This document shows positions 12,401 through 25,100 of a stretch of 64,000 nt of DNA, one piece after another. The notes below the pieces were generated by a model that did not search any database, had not been told where the DNA came from, and was given only the letters and a program-made list of their open reading frames with translations. Position 1 is the first letter of the stretch. Each line of letters opens with the position of its first letter. The translations under genes were made by a program, and so were the position numbers. This stretch comes from Lophium mytilinum. Lineage: Eukaryota. The stretch is from contig MU004186.1 of assembly GCA_010093605.1 (NCBI GenBank), forward strand, positions 1,096,616 through 1,160,615, given 5' to 3'.

Positions 12401-13062
12401 TCTCGGACTACCTCGAAAAAGCGGACATCAGCGACAACGTCAGAGAAGATCTTATATCTAAGCACTTCCAACTCATCAAGTTCTCCCTCGAAGCCTCCCT
12501 CAAACTCTCCGACTGGGACTCAATGGACGCGCTCTTCGACAAGTGCTTCATATACCACGACCCCAAGCACTACGCTACCCTCGCCGACCTTGTCCTCACC
12601 ATCCACTCCCACATGCTCAAGCGCAAACTCCCCGCCACCTACCTAGACAGAATCCTCCGAGTCCTCCAAGTCATCATCGACAAGGCCTGGCGCAATGACA
12701 GCTCCGGCAACCCAGCCCCCAATGGCAGCATTCGCAAGCTCGCGCGCTGGATCCGCTGCCTGTTCCAGCTCGCGATGGGCTTCGATGAAAAGCTTGCGCT
12801 GAACTGTCTTACTCAAGCGATCGCTATCGCGGAGAAACGGAAGGGGACTGCTGAGAGGTTCCCGAGTCTAGAACTCGAGTGGCTGGTGGCGACGGCGTGG
12901 AATCATACCGTCGATTTGTATTGCATGAATGAGGACGAGAAGTGTGGGACTTGGGCTGATTTGGCGATGGAGTTGGCAGGGGCGGCGGAGGATGGGGGTG
13001 CGCTGCAGAATACGTTGATTGGTAATCGGTCGGGGATGCAGTGGGAGAAGGCGGATAAGTGA
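9488..13062 (+). CDS. SPO22: Meiosis-specific TPR protein Spo22/Zip4
   Basis: Multi-exon helical protein with LDKVGTELWN, LLYEIGK...AVKWLERA, AAQTLIWK, KLARWIRCLFQL and ELEWLVATAWNHTVDLY, all typical of the fungal SPO22/ZIP4 (TEX11) family. Confidence 0.85.
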
Positions 13063-14136
13063 GCGGTGTTGGTGGACTGCCTGTGAGCTATGCGTGGCCA
13101 TTCATGGGATCGAGGAAAGCTTGAGCAAACTTCTTCATGCAGATTTTTTTGTACGGACGACCCGTCCGTAGACCTGTTACTTGTCAACATAGCTCACTGG
13201 TGTATGATCAGTCACAAATCGTCACTTCAATTTGACAACTCTAATAGACTATTAGGATACCCCGGAAGTTCTAAGCGTCGGCCACAAGCATTCGGCTCTC
13301 GATCCGATATAGGGGCTCCAGCAGTATACATCAGAATCACACTTCAAATCACGCCTCGTGATTCATCCTATGTCATCATCTTAGAACATCGTGGGGACTC
13401 TCATAGATTTCATGTACATGTCATGAGTGATCAACTGTCGACCCGATTTAGGAGCTTCAGAAATTCGCCGTGGAAGCACACTTCAGATCGCACCTCAATC
13501 GCGCCTATCGATTCATCATCACGAAACGCCTTGGAGTCCTTCGTAGGTACCATTACACTCTGTAGCAACCACACGCCCCGTGCGACCAAGCTGCTCCGTA
13601 TAATCCGACTTTTGGAGGGTACTTGAACGTCAACTCTGATTCAGAGCTCCCTTTCCTTTACATCACACTGTCTGATTTTTCGCAAAGTCACGGCGGCCCC
13701 CAAAGCTTCCGGGCTATGAGCATAAGGTCTAAAGATGTGAGCTCATACAGGAGCAAGGCCGATTGCATCAGTGGGAGACGGCTGTTTGGAATCTACAGCT
13801 CAATTGAGCAGAGTAAGTACAAACGACTGCAGGCTTAGTGAGAGACTCAGGACACCCCCAAACACCTCATACTCACAGGCCAATACCTCATGCACCAGCT
13901 CACACTTCACCCCCTCGCTTCACCCACTGTGACATTCGCCGTGTTTGCGCCTCCATCTGAAGTCCCCATCCCACCCCTCCACCAACTAGCCGCATCACCA
14001 CACTATCCCTTGTCTGCCCTCACCACCACAGCGACAGCCCGACAACGTCACCTACTCGCTCCAGTGCTTGTATACAGCACCTCATTCACACCGTCCTCCT
14101 CCTCACGAACCTCTCCTACCCGAAACCCGCGTCAGA

Positions 14137-15154
14137 ATGACCCACCAACTCCCCAAGAGCGAGTATCTAGAAGACGTCGACCCGCGCTTTGCCAGCGCCT
14201 TCCCACCCTTCGAGCCACCCCCACAGCCTCGGCCTGGCCGCCTACCACGCGCATACACGACCAACAACCCGCCCGGCAACATCGAGCTCGAGTCCCGTCC
14301 AGCCCTGCGAGAGCGCGCCCAAACCGCGCCGCCGCCTCTAAAGCTCGACCTGCCGCCCGACGACGGCCCATACGCCGCCGCTCTTCGGCCGGTAATGGCG
14401 CCCGCAGGAGCCTGTGCGGCACCGGCTTCGGGCCCGCAGGGTGCGCCGTTGCGGGTAGGATGGGAGAAGGCGGAGGTGGAAAAACAGCTGCAAAAGGCGT
14501 TTGACTTGGAAGAGGACCCAACGGGTGATACGGAAAAAGAGGAGGAGATTCGCCGCTGCCGGGGCCGGTTTCGTGAGGAAATGCGAGCAATGGCAGAGGA
14601 ACTGAGTGAGTTGTATGTGGAAATGGTGGCTTCGCGTGATGGGAACCTGCACGAGTTGGCCAAGGTAGCGACGCGGAGGCTCAGAGGTATTGTCAGGAGT
14701 TGTGACCGGCACCAGAAAGAGGCGAGGGAGAAGGGGAGGCGGGCTAATCTGAAGTATGTTGGAACCTCCTTGGAAGTGGGTTTGGATTTGCTGACCAGGG
14801 TACTCCAGACGGTTGGATGACGTTGGCAATGTGAAGGTGATGGCAGCGCTGTTTCGGGCGCTTTCCACATACACGAAGCAGATGCACACCTATTTTGAGG
14901 ATGTGAAAGAATACCGGCAAGAGGACATCAAGAATCCAGTCCGTGTCGTGAGAGACAAGTTCAGAGAGCTGAATCAGCTCTACCACGATATGGAATTGGA
15001 GCTCGGGAAAAGTCCTGAAGCACGTCTGGCCGAATCAGCATCAGCATTAGCGTCGATGCCAGAAGCGAGAGAGCCCAAAACAGAGTCCAGATTTCTCAAG
15101 CTGAAGAAGTTCCTGGGCGATCTCCTGACGTTCCGCAAACAACGCGAGACTTGA
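14137..15154 (+). CDS. Hypothetical protein (Pro-rich N-terminus, helical C-terminus)
   Basis: ORFs 14068-14820 and 14813-15154 are joined in frame by intron 14754-14808 (GTATGT..CTGAC..CAG). Start uncertain. Confidence 0.6.
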
Positions 15155-16810
15155 GCAGAATGTTCCTGATTTCTGGCCTGGCGCCAAGTTCATCGCCCGA
15201 CTTCTCCAGATTAGGATAAACACAGTATCGAAATTCTGGATCTAAAAAGTTGCTGTCGTCCTCCTCGACCTCGTTTACGGGCTCCATTTTTTGAAAGTCG
15301 AATTTTGGGGCGTTTTCTATTCGATCGTACAGTATGAACGAGACTGAGTACTGGGCCTTTTGAGAGAGAAAAGTGCTTTGGAGGTCCCCCACAGAGTCGA
15401 AGATGTTGTATAAAGAGCTTTGAATGGCATCTGTTTTTGTGACTCCTGATATTTCTTCCAGAGTGTCAAGTGTTGATTCCACAAGACTGTGAATTAGCAC
15501 ACGTTTTCCGTCTTTCAAAACATCTTTCAGGGGGCTCCCCTGGATCATGCGGATTGTAGACCTTCTCCAATCGCGAAAATCAGGCCCTTCGCTATCTGGG
15601 TTTGACATTGATTGTGAGTCTTGTTGGCCCCCCGGGACCTGGAAGCTTTCCGCGAGTTGACGTGTTTCGGACAGGATACCCGAAATCGGGAGCCCTACGC
15701 ACATGTTCTCTTCGAATATCTTCATGGCCTTGTAAGCTACTACAGCTTGGTAAAGACCTATCTTGTCAGCCGTTTCGAACGACCTAAATTTGGGGTGGAT
15801 GCTTTCGAGCACTCCGACTGTCTCTTTCTTCAGATTGCTAACGTCTAGTTGCAGTTGTGTCAGAAATCGTTGGCAGATCTTAATTCATAGTATTTACCTA
15901 GTTTGGACCGACGGAAGTTGCTTATAACCCATTCTCTGATACGATGATATAGTTGGTCCATCCTATCGACGAGATCACTGTCGGTAGCCTGGCTATCAAC
16001 GCGAGTCAGAGCTGATACGGTCTGCTTGAGCTCTAGTAGTTGCTTCCGCCTCTCTTGAACCTCTTTGTCCGCATTATGGAGGGCTTCGGCTTGCTTGTTC
16101 CTTTCTTTGATCCAATTGGCCCTCTCGTGCTCCCACTGTGCGCTCCATATGGTTTCACGGTCTAGAAGTTCTGCCTGGAGTTCTTCAAGCTTGTCCTTGA
16201 GATCGTAGACCTCCTCTTGAAGCTCGGTACGCTCCTTATTCCAGAAGCGGTGGCGGTCCGTCTCTTGCTCAAACTCCTTCAGCGCTCCGCCGGAGTTCGA
16301 CCTATATCGGTGGCCGGCGGAGTTGGATAGTTGCTGTTTATACGTGTCCACAGCATCCCGATACACTAGCTCATGTTGCTGAAGCTTTTTTATCTCGTCG
16401 GCCATAGACTGCTGCTCGCTGTGGGCAATCGCCAGTGCTTTCTCCAGCTCAGCAATCCGGTCAAGATGGGTCCGGCCATCGCTGCTGCTTACAAAAGGGT
16501 TGTTCGCGGCAGTTGGCAAAGATCGATCATCGTCGTCTGGGGGAGAGTGGCTGCTAGTGGGCCTGCTGCTCTCTCTCGATGATGCTTGGAGCAGCATCTC
16601 GGCTAAGCCGTGCTTGCGGCGGTGCAAATCGTCCTTCTTTGCTTTCCCGGTGGCTAGTGCAGCTTTGGGAGGAGCGCTGATGGGGCTCGGGGCGGACGAT
16701 GTCTTGCTGCTGCGGGAGGAGATCTTGCCGGGACGCTTGAGACGACTCGCGAGGTCTAGCGGGAAGTCAGTCAGGAACGGTACTGGCGGTAGCGGAGTGC
16801 AGCTTTTAGG
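15096..16810 (-). CDS. Coiled-coil protein with a putative GrpE-like C-terminal domain; 5' end unresolved
   Basis: Open frame from 16810, intron 15845-15897, long heptad region (ELQEEVYDLKDKLEELQAELL), and C-terminal KFDFQKMEPV...YCVYPNLEKSGDELG...ILLKSRVVCG. Confidence 0.75.
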
Positions 16811-17389
16811 CTATTGGAAAGCTTCTTTCGGGGTCGACATAAGCTGTCAATAGTGCTGGAGATCTGCGTACCTGATCCCTTCTTGTCCCCAGGCATCGCA
16901 ATGAGGGGGAGGGGCGAGCTACTTCCCGGCGAGCATGAGAGCTACAGACGTCTCTATCCTGGTATATGGCCACAGTGTCTTCCTCGGGAACAAGGAGTCG
17001 AGCCCGCGTCCTGGCCTCTGCGAAAGTTGGATGTCGGAGAATGAAGACTGGTACCTAGAGACGGAGATGTGGGGGAGAGAGTGATGGGCAGGGGTGTCAG
17101 CCACCATCTCAGCTTCGGCTTCGAGGGGGGTCTCCGCGCGCCCTCAAGGCAGTGCTGTCGAGCACCACTATTCGGGTGCCTGATCTCCTGCAATGCCCTC
17201 TCACCGCTGCTCTATATGACCGCCTGGTCCGCCTCTCCGTGCCTATTGCCAAACTTCCGCAGTTGCGCTCAATTGTCGACCAGCGTCGAGATATCCCAGC
17301 CCTTCAGCCCGAGTGCCTGCACTCTGCCGTCACACAGCCAGCTGAGACAGTAGGACCGGGGAAACGCGACTGCAGAAAAGGCCGGGACC

Positions 17390-19503
17390 ATGAGCGGCGA
17401 CATGCCAGCAAGGGGCTTCAACATTCCCTATACCTTCGACCCCTCCTCCAACGCCAGTATTGCGCCCGCCGCCAGCTCCGGCGCGTCTAAGCCGAGCTCA
17501 GCGCAGGACAGGCTTATAGTAGGCGTCGACTTCGGCACCACATACAGCGGTATGTCAGTAAAGAGACGCGCAATGGACTAAACTGATCGCGACAACAGGT
17601 GTTGCGGCAGTGTACAGTGCGACGCCAGAAGATGTGGATATAATCAAGACATGGCCCGGAGGCAATGGTAGAGAACCACCCAGCACGCGAAACTTTGGGA
17701 GAAGTGTTTGCTGAATGAAGCATGCAGGCATAACCTCCGACAAAGTCCCCACGGAAATCGCCTACGACATTCCCAAGGAATCCAATGGCACAGCTTCCGA
17801 CGCCGACAACAACAAGCCCAGGGCCATAAAATGGGGATTCCAATTCAAGCCGGAGGAATCCAGACTGCGCTGCATAAAGCTGTTCCTCGATAAGAATCAG
17901 AAGCTTCCCCACTTTGTCTCTCCTCTCGACACAGCCGCCCAGTTGAGGAAATACGAGCGTACTGTTCACGATGCCGTGTCAGACTACCTCACGCAAATAT
18001 ACAAGCATACCATGGACACTTTGACGCGTAGATATGGCGAGACCTTTATGAGCATGACAAAAGTGGAGTTTGTGCTCACTGTTCCTGCAGTATGGTCGGA
18101 CTCTGCCAAAGACGCCACGCTGAAGGCCGCAGAACGAGCGGGCATGGGTAACATTCACGATTTGAAGCTAATCTCGGAGCCGGAAGCTGCAGCCGTGTAT
18201 ACACTAAAAGCAATTCAGCCTAACCATTTGAAAATAGGGGATAATTTCATTGTTTGTGACGCAGGTACGTTGTCCGGTTTGCAGTTGCCATTATAACCAG
18301 GGCTCACACATTGCAGGTGGTGGCACTGTAGACTTAATCGCATACAAAATCACAAAGCTATCACCTCTCCAGGTCGAGGAGTCCGCCGTGGGAACTGGCG
18401 GCCTCTGCGGCTCAGCATTCCTCAACTATCGCTTTGAAGACCACGTCAAGAGCCGCATTGGCGAAGAACGCTACAATACGATGCGCGAAAAAAAAGCAAA
18501 GACGTGGAACATGGGTCTCAAGTACTTCGAAGAGTTTGTCAAGCGCAACTTCAATGAGGAAGAGCATGCGGAGGTCAACGTCCCCTTTCCCGGCCTACCA
18601 GACGACGAGGAAGCCGGGCTTGACTCTGGCTTTCTCATCATGTCAGCCGAACAGGTCAAGGAGATCTTCGAGCCCGTTGTAAAGGAGGTCATAGCTCTGG
18701 TCGAAGGCCAGGTAAACACTATACGACGTAAAGGGGGCGTCGTGTGCGGCATCGTACTAGTGGGCGGGTTTGGACAGAGCAATTACCTGTACAGCAAAAT
18801 GAAGGCGCATTTCAATACTGCGCCCCCACCACCATACACGGAGAGGCCGACGCATGCAGCAACCCTGAACGCGCCCCAGACAATCGAAGTCATGCACCCG
18901 ATGTATGCTTGGACAGCAGTCGTGAGGGGCGCAGTGCTGAGAGGGTTAGAGGGAAGCATGGTTCAAAGCCGAAGGAGCAGATGGCACTACGGAACAAGCT
19001 ACGCCACAGTATTTGACGAGGCACGACATCCGATCAGCGATCGCTACTGGAGTCCGCTTTGGGAGCGGTGGATGGTCAGTGACAGAATGCAGTGGCATAT
19101 CGCAAAGGTACAGACTTGAAGATGATCGTCAGCATCAAAAGCATAGAGCTAACCAGTGATACCTGATTAGGGCGCACAAGTTTCCGAGTCTCAACCGATC
19201 TCATTTCACTACACGCGCAACTTCCGCCCCGGCCAGTCCTTGGTAGTCGAAGACGACCTCATCGCCTGCGACGCCGACACCGCGCCGGACTCGTACCAGA
19301 AGGGCCTCATTAGCGTCTGCACCCTCACAACTGACCTGAACACCGTGCCGAAGTCGCTATTCACGCGGCTGACTACGACCAAGGGAGTCGAATTTGACAA
19401 CTTGGACTTCAGTCTAGATATGCGCATCGACAGCGCAGGGCTGATTTTTGAGCTGAAGGTGGATGGCGTGAGATATGGGGCTGTGTCAGCGAAGTTCCAT
19501 TAG
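17390..19503 (+). CDS. Atypical Hsp70 (HSPA12-like actin-fold ATPase)
   Basis: VGVDFGTTYSG, TVPAVWSDSAK, ISEPEAAA, CDAGGGTVD, LVGGFGQSNYL, WTAVVRGAVLRGL. No EEVD tail. Four GT..AG introns. Confidence 0.92.
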
Positions 19504-20160
19504 GGAGAGAACGGTAATTAAGGGATAGGAAAGGGACATGTAGAACGGATGGATGTGCATCTGAGGGGCATTGGGTTGATTTCTGAGATATCCAGCATAC
19601 GGGCGAATTTTGGCATGGGCATTGGCGATGTTTTGATGATCATGGGAAGCGTAGTGAATGCATACTACATATATAGTTGTCTTTGATCCACTCAACAAGA
19701 ACAAAATCAATTTGGATCACGTGATTATACCTTCTCGGGATATCAGTTGGTCGGGAAGGTACAGACATCGGAGAAGATCTCGGCTTGGAGGTGCCCCACA
19801 CACTAAATTAAAGGCGGAAGAAGTAGATGCTTGCACGCGCTAAGGGAACGCGTAACTCCAGCATACCTAAAATTACAATGTCAGGGATGGCCTTTGGATC
19901 TTCTAGAAACTGGAGGGCGATGTAGCGTCGTGGGAATTTTCGAATGGGCCGAGGAATCCGATATGTGCTAGGAGCATTGATAGGGCACTTGTGACAAACT
20001 GAAAATGGGGAGTCATAGAAAGAGGGTCATTGAGAACGGCAATCACTCTTGCCTAAGCCATTTGCAATGAACTGGAGGTAATGCAGACCAGGTACACAAA
20101 TTGACCCTTTTATCCCCAAGTAACCCCATTGATATCGCCTGAGACCGTTTCGTTGTTCCT

Positions 20161-20873
20161 CTACTTCCTGATAGCACGAGAGTAGAACGCCAACTCTTCA
20201 CCCTCAAGCACGTAACCGTCGACACGACCGCTCTGGCCGGGCCTCGAGGCAACGACAGCGAAGAGACGACCGGCCTCGAACTGCTTCTCGAGCGCTGACT
20301 CGACCTTGCCTGTAGCAGCGACACGGGCAGCCTGCTTCTTCTCAACCGACTTGCTCTTCTTCTTCTCCTCTTCCTTCTCAGCGCCCTTGACCTGCCTCCT
20401 ACGGCCTAGCTGTGCTCCGTAGTGTGCCTCATACCACTGCCTGAACGGGGCAGCATCGATCTGGACGACAGCCGACTTGGTGAGGGTGTTGGTGCGGACG
20501 AGCTCGTTGTTGGAGGGATGGAAGGCGACGGCGATGACGCGGACCTTCTTGGCGATGCCCTCAGATCCCCACGAGAAGTTGCCGGAGTCGAGACGTAGGG
20601 CGCGGAATTTGCGGTTGCCGCCTCGGGTGCGGACAAGATGGATGCGCTTTGCGCCAATACGAGTATTGGCGGGCTGGCGACCCTTCTCGAAAGCTCTGAT
20701 GCCACATGGTTAAACATGGTAAAAGATGCAATCGGTTTATGCATACCTCTTCTTGCGATAGTATGCTCTCTTCGCACCAGTCGCGGCGCGCTTGTGGCGA
20801 GAGTCTCGTGAGATACTGCGAGCTGTCAGCGGGTTGTCTTGAGGTGAAATGTGGATGTAGATAGATACCCCAT
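20161..20873 (-). CDS. RPS8: 40S ribosomal protein S8 (eS8)
   Basis: MGISRDSRHKR...RKKRAFEKGRQPANTRIG...RALRLDSGNFSWGSEG...SRPGQSGRVDGYVLEGEELAFY. Introns 20816-20868 and 20696-20746. Confidence 0.97.
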
Positions 20874-22095
20874 GATTGCGGTTCCTGGGAAAGACTGCAG
20901 GCGGCCAAGTTAGCAGTGGCTCGTCCTCAAATTTGGAGAGACCAGGGATTTTGGAGACTGCAGGATTCGACACAGGACGGGCGGTGACCGGACAGGCTGC
21001 ACAGGTGGTAGGTTGGTGTTTCGTGCGCTTGCGAGCTGTGGTGGCCTCTGTCGTGGATTCCGCCCTCCTATTTCTCGTCCTGCGAGCTCTCCATATCCGC
21101 TGCCTGGTATGTACTGACCTGTCGGTGTCTTCCTGGGCAATCGTCGTTGGTCGGTGGTGGGTGATGAGGTTCTGAGAAGTCGAAAAGTTGCGGTTGCGAA
21201 ATCGCGGTGGCCTTTTTCGCTTAGCTTACGCCTTACCTAATCAAGAGTAGGCCTTACGGTCTTGGCATCCGTCCTTCAACCTGAGGTCCCGTTCAGCTCT
21301 ATCGGCACCTTCCAAATGACCATCCTCCTGACGTACTCACTCTGTACTAAGATGTTGCTTTAGCCCTTGCATCTCTCCAAAGCTCGCCAAAGCTTTGCCA
21401 GGTAGTAGATCTTTACTCGTTATGTTTCCTTATTAGCTGTCAGTGCACCCCCATTTTAGTCTTCCTAGCTGGCGAAGCTATAAATCTGTTCTACAATTAT
21501 TAGAACCTGCTGTTTTACGTCAGAATCTCTTCCGCGACAGCGACATCAGAGAAAATTTTGTCAACTCTTCCCTGCTCAGCAATTTCGCCCCCGGCCTCTC
21601 ACCATGAGGTTGGTCGACTGAGATACGGAAGTTTATCACACGCAACAAAAGCCTGTGCCCGTCGATCCATACAGAACCTAGACACCAGTCGTTGTCTGGT
21701 CTTTAATAGTCTTTCCTTTTATGTTAGCGCATATAGCTTACATAGCTCTGTTCGAAATGAACATCCTTCGATCGCGACTTTGCATTATCGCGGTTTTCAC
21801 GTGTTATTCCTAGCTAAAATAGGGATTACTTATGCCCGATAAGGACACAGTCATGGCGATCAACGTGATGCGGACAGACCGGGAGCACATCGCCATTTCA
21901 AAGATGACAAGGGTGTAGCCCTGACTGACATTAGAAATATATTGTCCCACCCGTCATCCCTATTATGATTATCTTTTGTTTCTCCAAAGTTATTTCTATG
22001 GTGGCACCTCACGACTTTTGCGGATTGTGTGTTTCACTAAAGTGTGGCTTCGGTACCCAATCTTACTGTCACACTAGCATCTTAGGGATGAAGTC

Positions 22096-22115
22096 GCCGA
22101 GTATAGTAGCTTAGC
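22096..22115 (+). repeat. Left target-site duplication of the LINE
   Basis: GCCGAGTATAGTAGCTTAGC matches 29578-29597 at 19/20 positions. The difference is TpG>TpA. Confidence 0.85.
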
Positions 22116-25100
22116 CCTCTCCGGAGGGCTGGATAGGAGTGGTTTTCCACGCCTATGCAGCAAAAAGGATGTTTAGAGCCCGCTGCACTTCTATAAGGCT
22201 CTTATAGAATAGAGACAACACCTCTATATAGTATTCTTAAGAATTAATTAGTATATACTCTAGAGTTTAACCCTACCGGCCCCGCGCCTAGGCAACAGGT
22301 AGGTATCCCTCTCTATTAAATAGTCTATTAAGCAAAATGTTATTATAAAGAAACTAGATCCCCTATTCTAACTATATTTCTCCCCTTATTTCTTAGTATA
22401 GAGGCTGTATATACCCCTCGCCCCCTCTATTATATTTACTAGTTAGTTAGCAGGTACTATTATAGTAAGAGCCTTCTAGTTATCTAGGTACTTAGTGTAG
22501 TTACTTTTAACCCGCTATAGATAGGAAAGGAAAATATATTTATAAAATATTAGGCGCAGGGCAGCGTAATGCGTAACTAGAGGTATAGGTAGTAAAGAGT
22601 AATAGAGGCCCTCTAGTATAGGTAGCTAAGGTTAATTTATAGAGTAATTAGATAGCCTCTCTATAGTACTATAGAAGGGATAGAATAGTACTATACTCTA
22701 TAACTAAAGGACCTTTTTTCTAGAGGGTCTAATAGTATATTAAGTATATAGTTATTTATTCTAGAGAAATTATCTTAAATAGTCTAGAGGCCCGGTACTA
22801 TTTAACTACTATTAAGTTATATAATCTATATCCTCCTAGCTCTCCTTTTTAGAGTACTTAAGAGGCATTTAGCTATAGAGCTCTACTAGTAGTAGTAATA
22901 AAGTTAACTATAACTTATTATATAATACTAAATTTTTACCTAAAAATCTTTTTATATAGTATCTATACACTAGTATAATAGGCTAGTTCTACCCGGGACT
23001 CTTAACTAAAGCCTTACTTTATAAGACTTTAGCAGTATAATAGCATAACTTAAGGGTAGACACTAGATATTACCTTCTAAGAGTGCTAGCTAAACTCTAT
23101 CTAGTATAGATAGAAACTAGTATATAAATATAAAATTATAATAGAACCTAGCTTATATTACTTCTACTTCTACCTTAGTAGCTTTATAGAGAATTAATAA
23201 GCTAGCCTCTACCTATATCTTACGCTTTTATTACTAGCTAAACTACCCCTACTTCTTCTTTAATAGCTTTAGGTTCCGCCCCTAATAGTAACGTTAATAG
23301 ACTAATTATAGAGAGAAGATAAGAAGTTTATATATAGTCTATTAGTATATTAGATTCTAATAACCTAGATATAAGGGCTAACTAGAGTAATATTTAATAG
23401 AATATTAAATTCTTTTTAAGGTAATCGCCTTTATTATTTAAACCTAGGGGATTTAAGAGAAAGATTAATAACTTTAATATAAGGTTTAAGATAATAAATA
23501 CCTAAAGAAAAGAGAAATAATATAATAAATAATCTAAAAAGTTAGCTATAGTATATAGTGTATTTATAGCTAGAGAGCCGCCTATAACGCTATACTATAA
23601 GTATAGAGTAATAGCTTTCTATTAGTTTTAGAATTACCCTTAAAATAATATAGCTAAAATAATTATTAGTAGTATCTCTAGGGGGGGTCTAAGTAATAGA
23701 GATAAGAATAATATATATAATAATAAGATAGAAGTAGACTCTTATAACCCTACTACTCTAAACTAGTATTTAGAAAAAGTTCTTTATAATAAACTACTAT
23801 AGAGGGGTAAAAAGCGTACGCATTATAAAACGCCCTAGGGCGGCGCCGTAATTAACTTAAATTTAGATCTAGTAACCTAAACCCTCTTTAATAAATAATA
23901 AATGCTATAAATATAGTTTATAGACCCTTTTACTCCGCAGGTAAGTAGAGAGATAGATAATACTTACCTACTATAACTAGCGGCAGAAATTATAGTAAAA
24001 TTAACGGCTAACCTAAAGCTAATACTTATAAGAGGTATTAAACTACTACTACTAAGTACGCTAGTACTATTATAATATACGCTAGAGCCTTCTATAGCTC
24101 TAGTAGAGCCTATAGCGCCTAGGGCGCCTAAGGCTTAAACTAAGCCTATAGTTTCTAAAGTATCTAAGGCTAAAGTACTAAGGGTACCTAAAGTTCTAAA
24201 AGTAAAGGCCTAGCTAAAGCTACCTAAGCCGCCTAAGTAGCTAAAACTACTAAAGCTACTAAAGGCTATAAAGGGTACTAATATATAATTAGGCCCTATA
24301 CTAATTTAGAACCCTAGAGTAGTTCTAGGTAAGCGTCTAACTAGCGCGCCCGGCCTTTTAGGCTAGGTTATAAATAATCTACTTCTCTACTTAAGATTAC
24401 TAGATAGGCTATATAGTAGTAAAAGTTATCTATTAGTTTCTAGTATAATTAATGCACTTCTAGACTTTAATATAATAAGCCTTAAGTAGATTATTAGAGT
24501 TACTCTATATAATAAACGCAGGTTCTTATATAAAGTTATAGTAAAAGATAAGAATTATATCTATCCTGCTATAGAGAAGAAATTTAAGTATCTAGATATA
24601 AATAGTAAACCTTATATAATTATAATTAAGCTCTACTACTCTTAAGGCCTCTAAATCTTTACTACTACTAATAATAGTAGCCTTTCTAATTTTAAGCTTA
24701 CATTAGTTCTTTTAGAACTTATTAGAAAGAAAGTCTAGAGTAAGATAGTTCTATCTATAGGGTGCTATTTCTAGATTAGATAGAGAGTATATAAAGGTAT
24801 ATAGAATAAGTTAAAAGTAATTATCTTCTAGAAGCCTTCTAGAAGTAGTAAGATTAAGTTTCTAATTAAGTTACTAGACTCTAGCTAATCTATAGCCTTT
24901 ATTATAAGGCTTTAGATAGAAAGTCTTTTTAAGGGGTGCAACTATTATAAACGCCTGTCCGTAGACTATAATATAATAGAGTGCCTCTTTCTTATTTCTA
25001 CTAAGTATAAGGGCCTTAAACTACCTAAGGCTATCTTAGAAAATATTTCTAATATCTATTAAAATAAGAAATATTAAGATTCTCTTATTAAATATTAGAT

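Noticed and set aside
23941..23980. Intron-like GTAAGT...TAG inside LINE ORF1
   Set aside because: Only 40 nt, and RIP generates GTA/TAG/CTA motifs in abundance.
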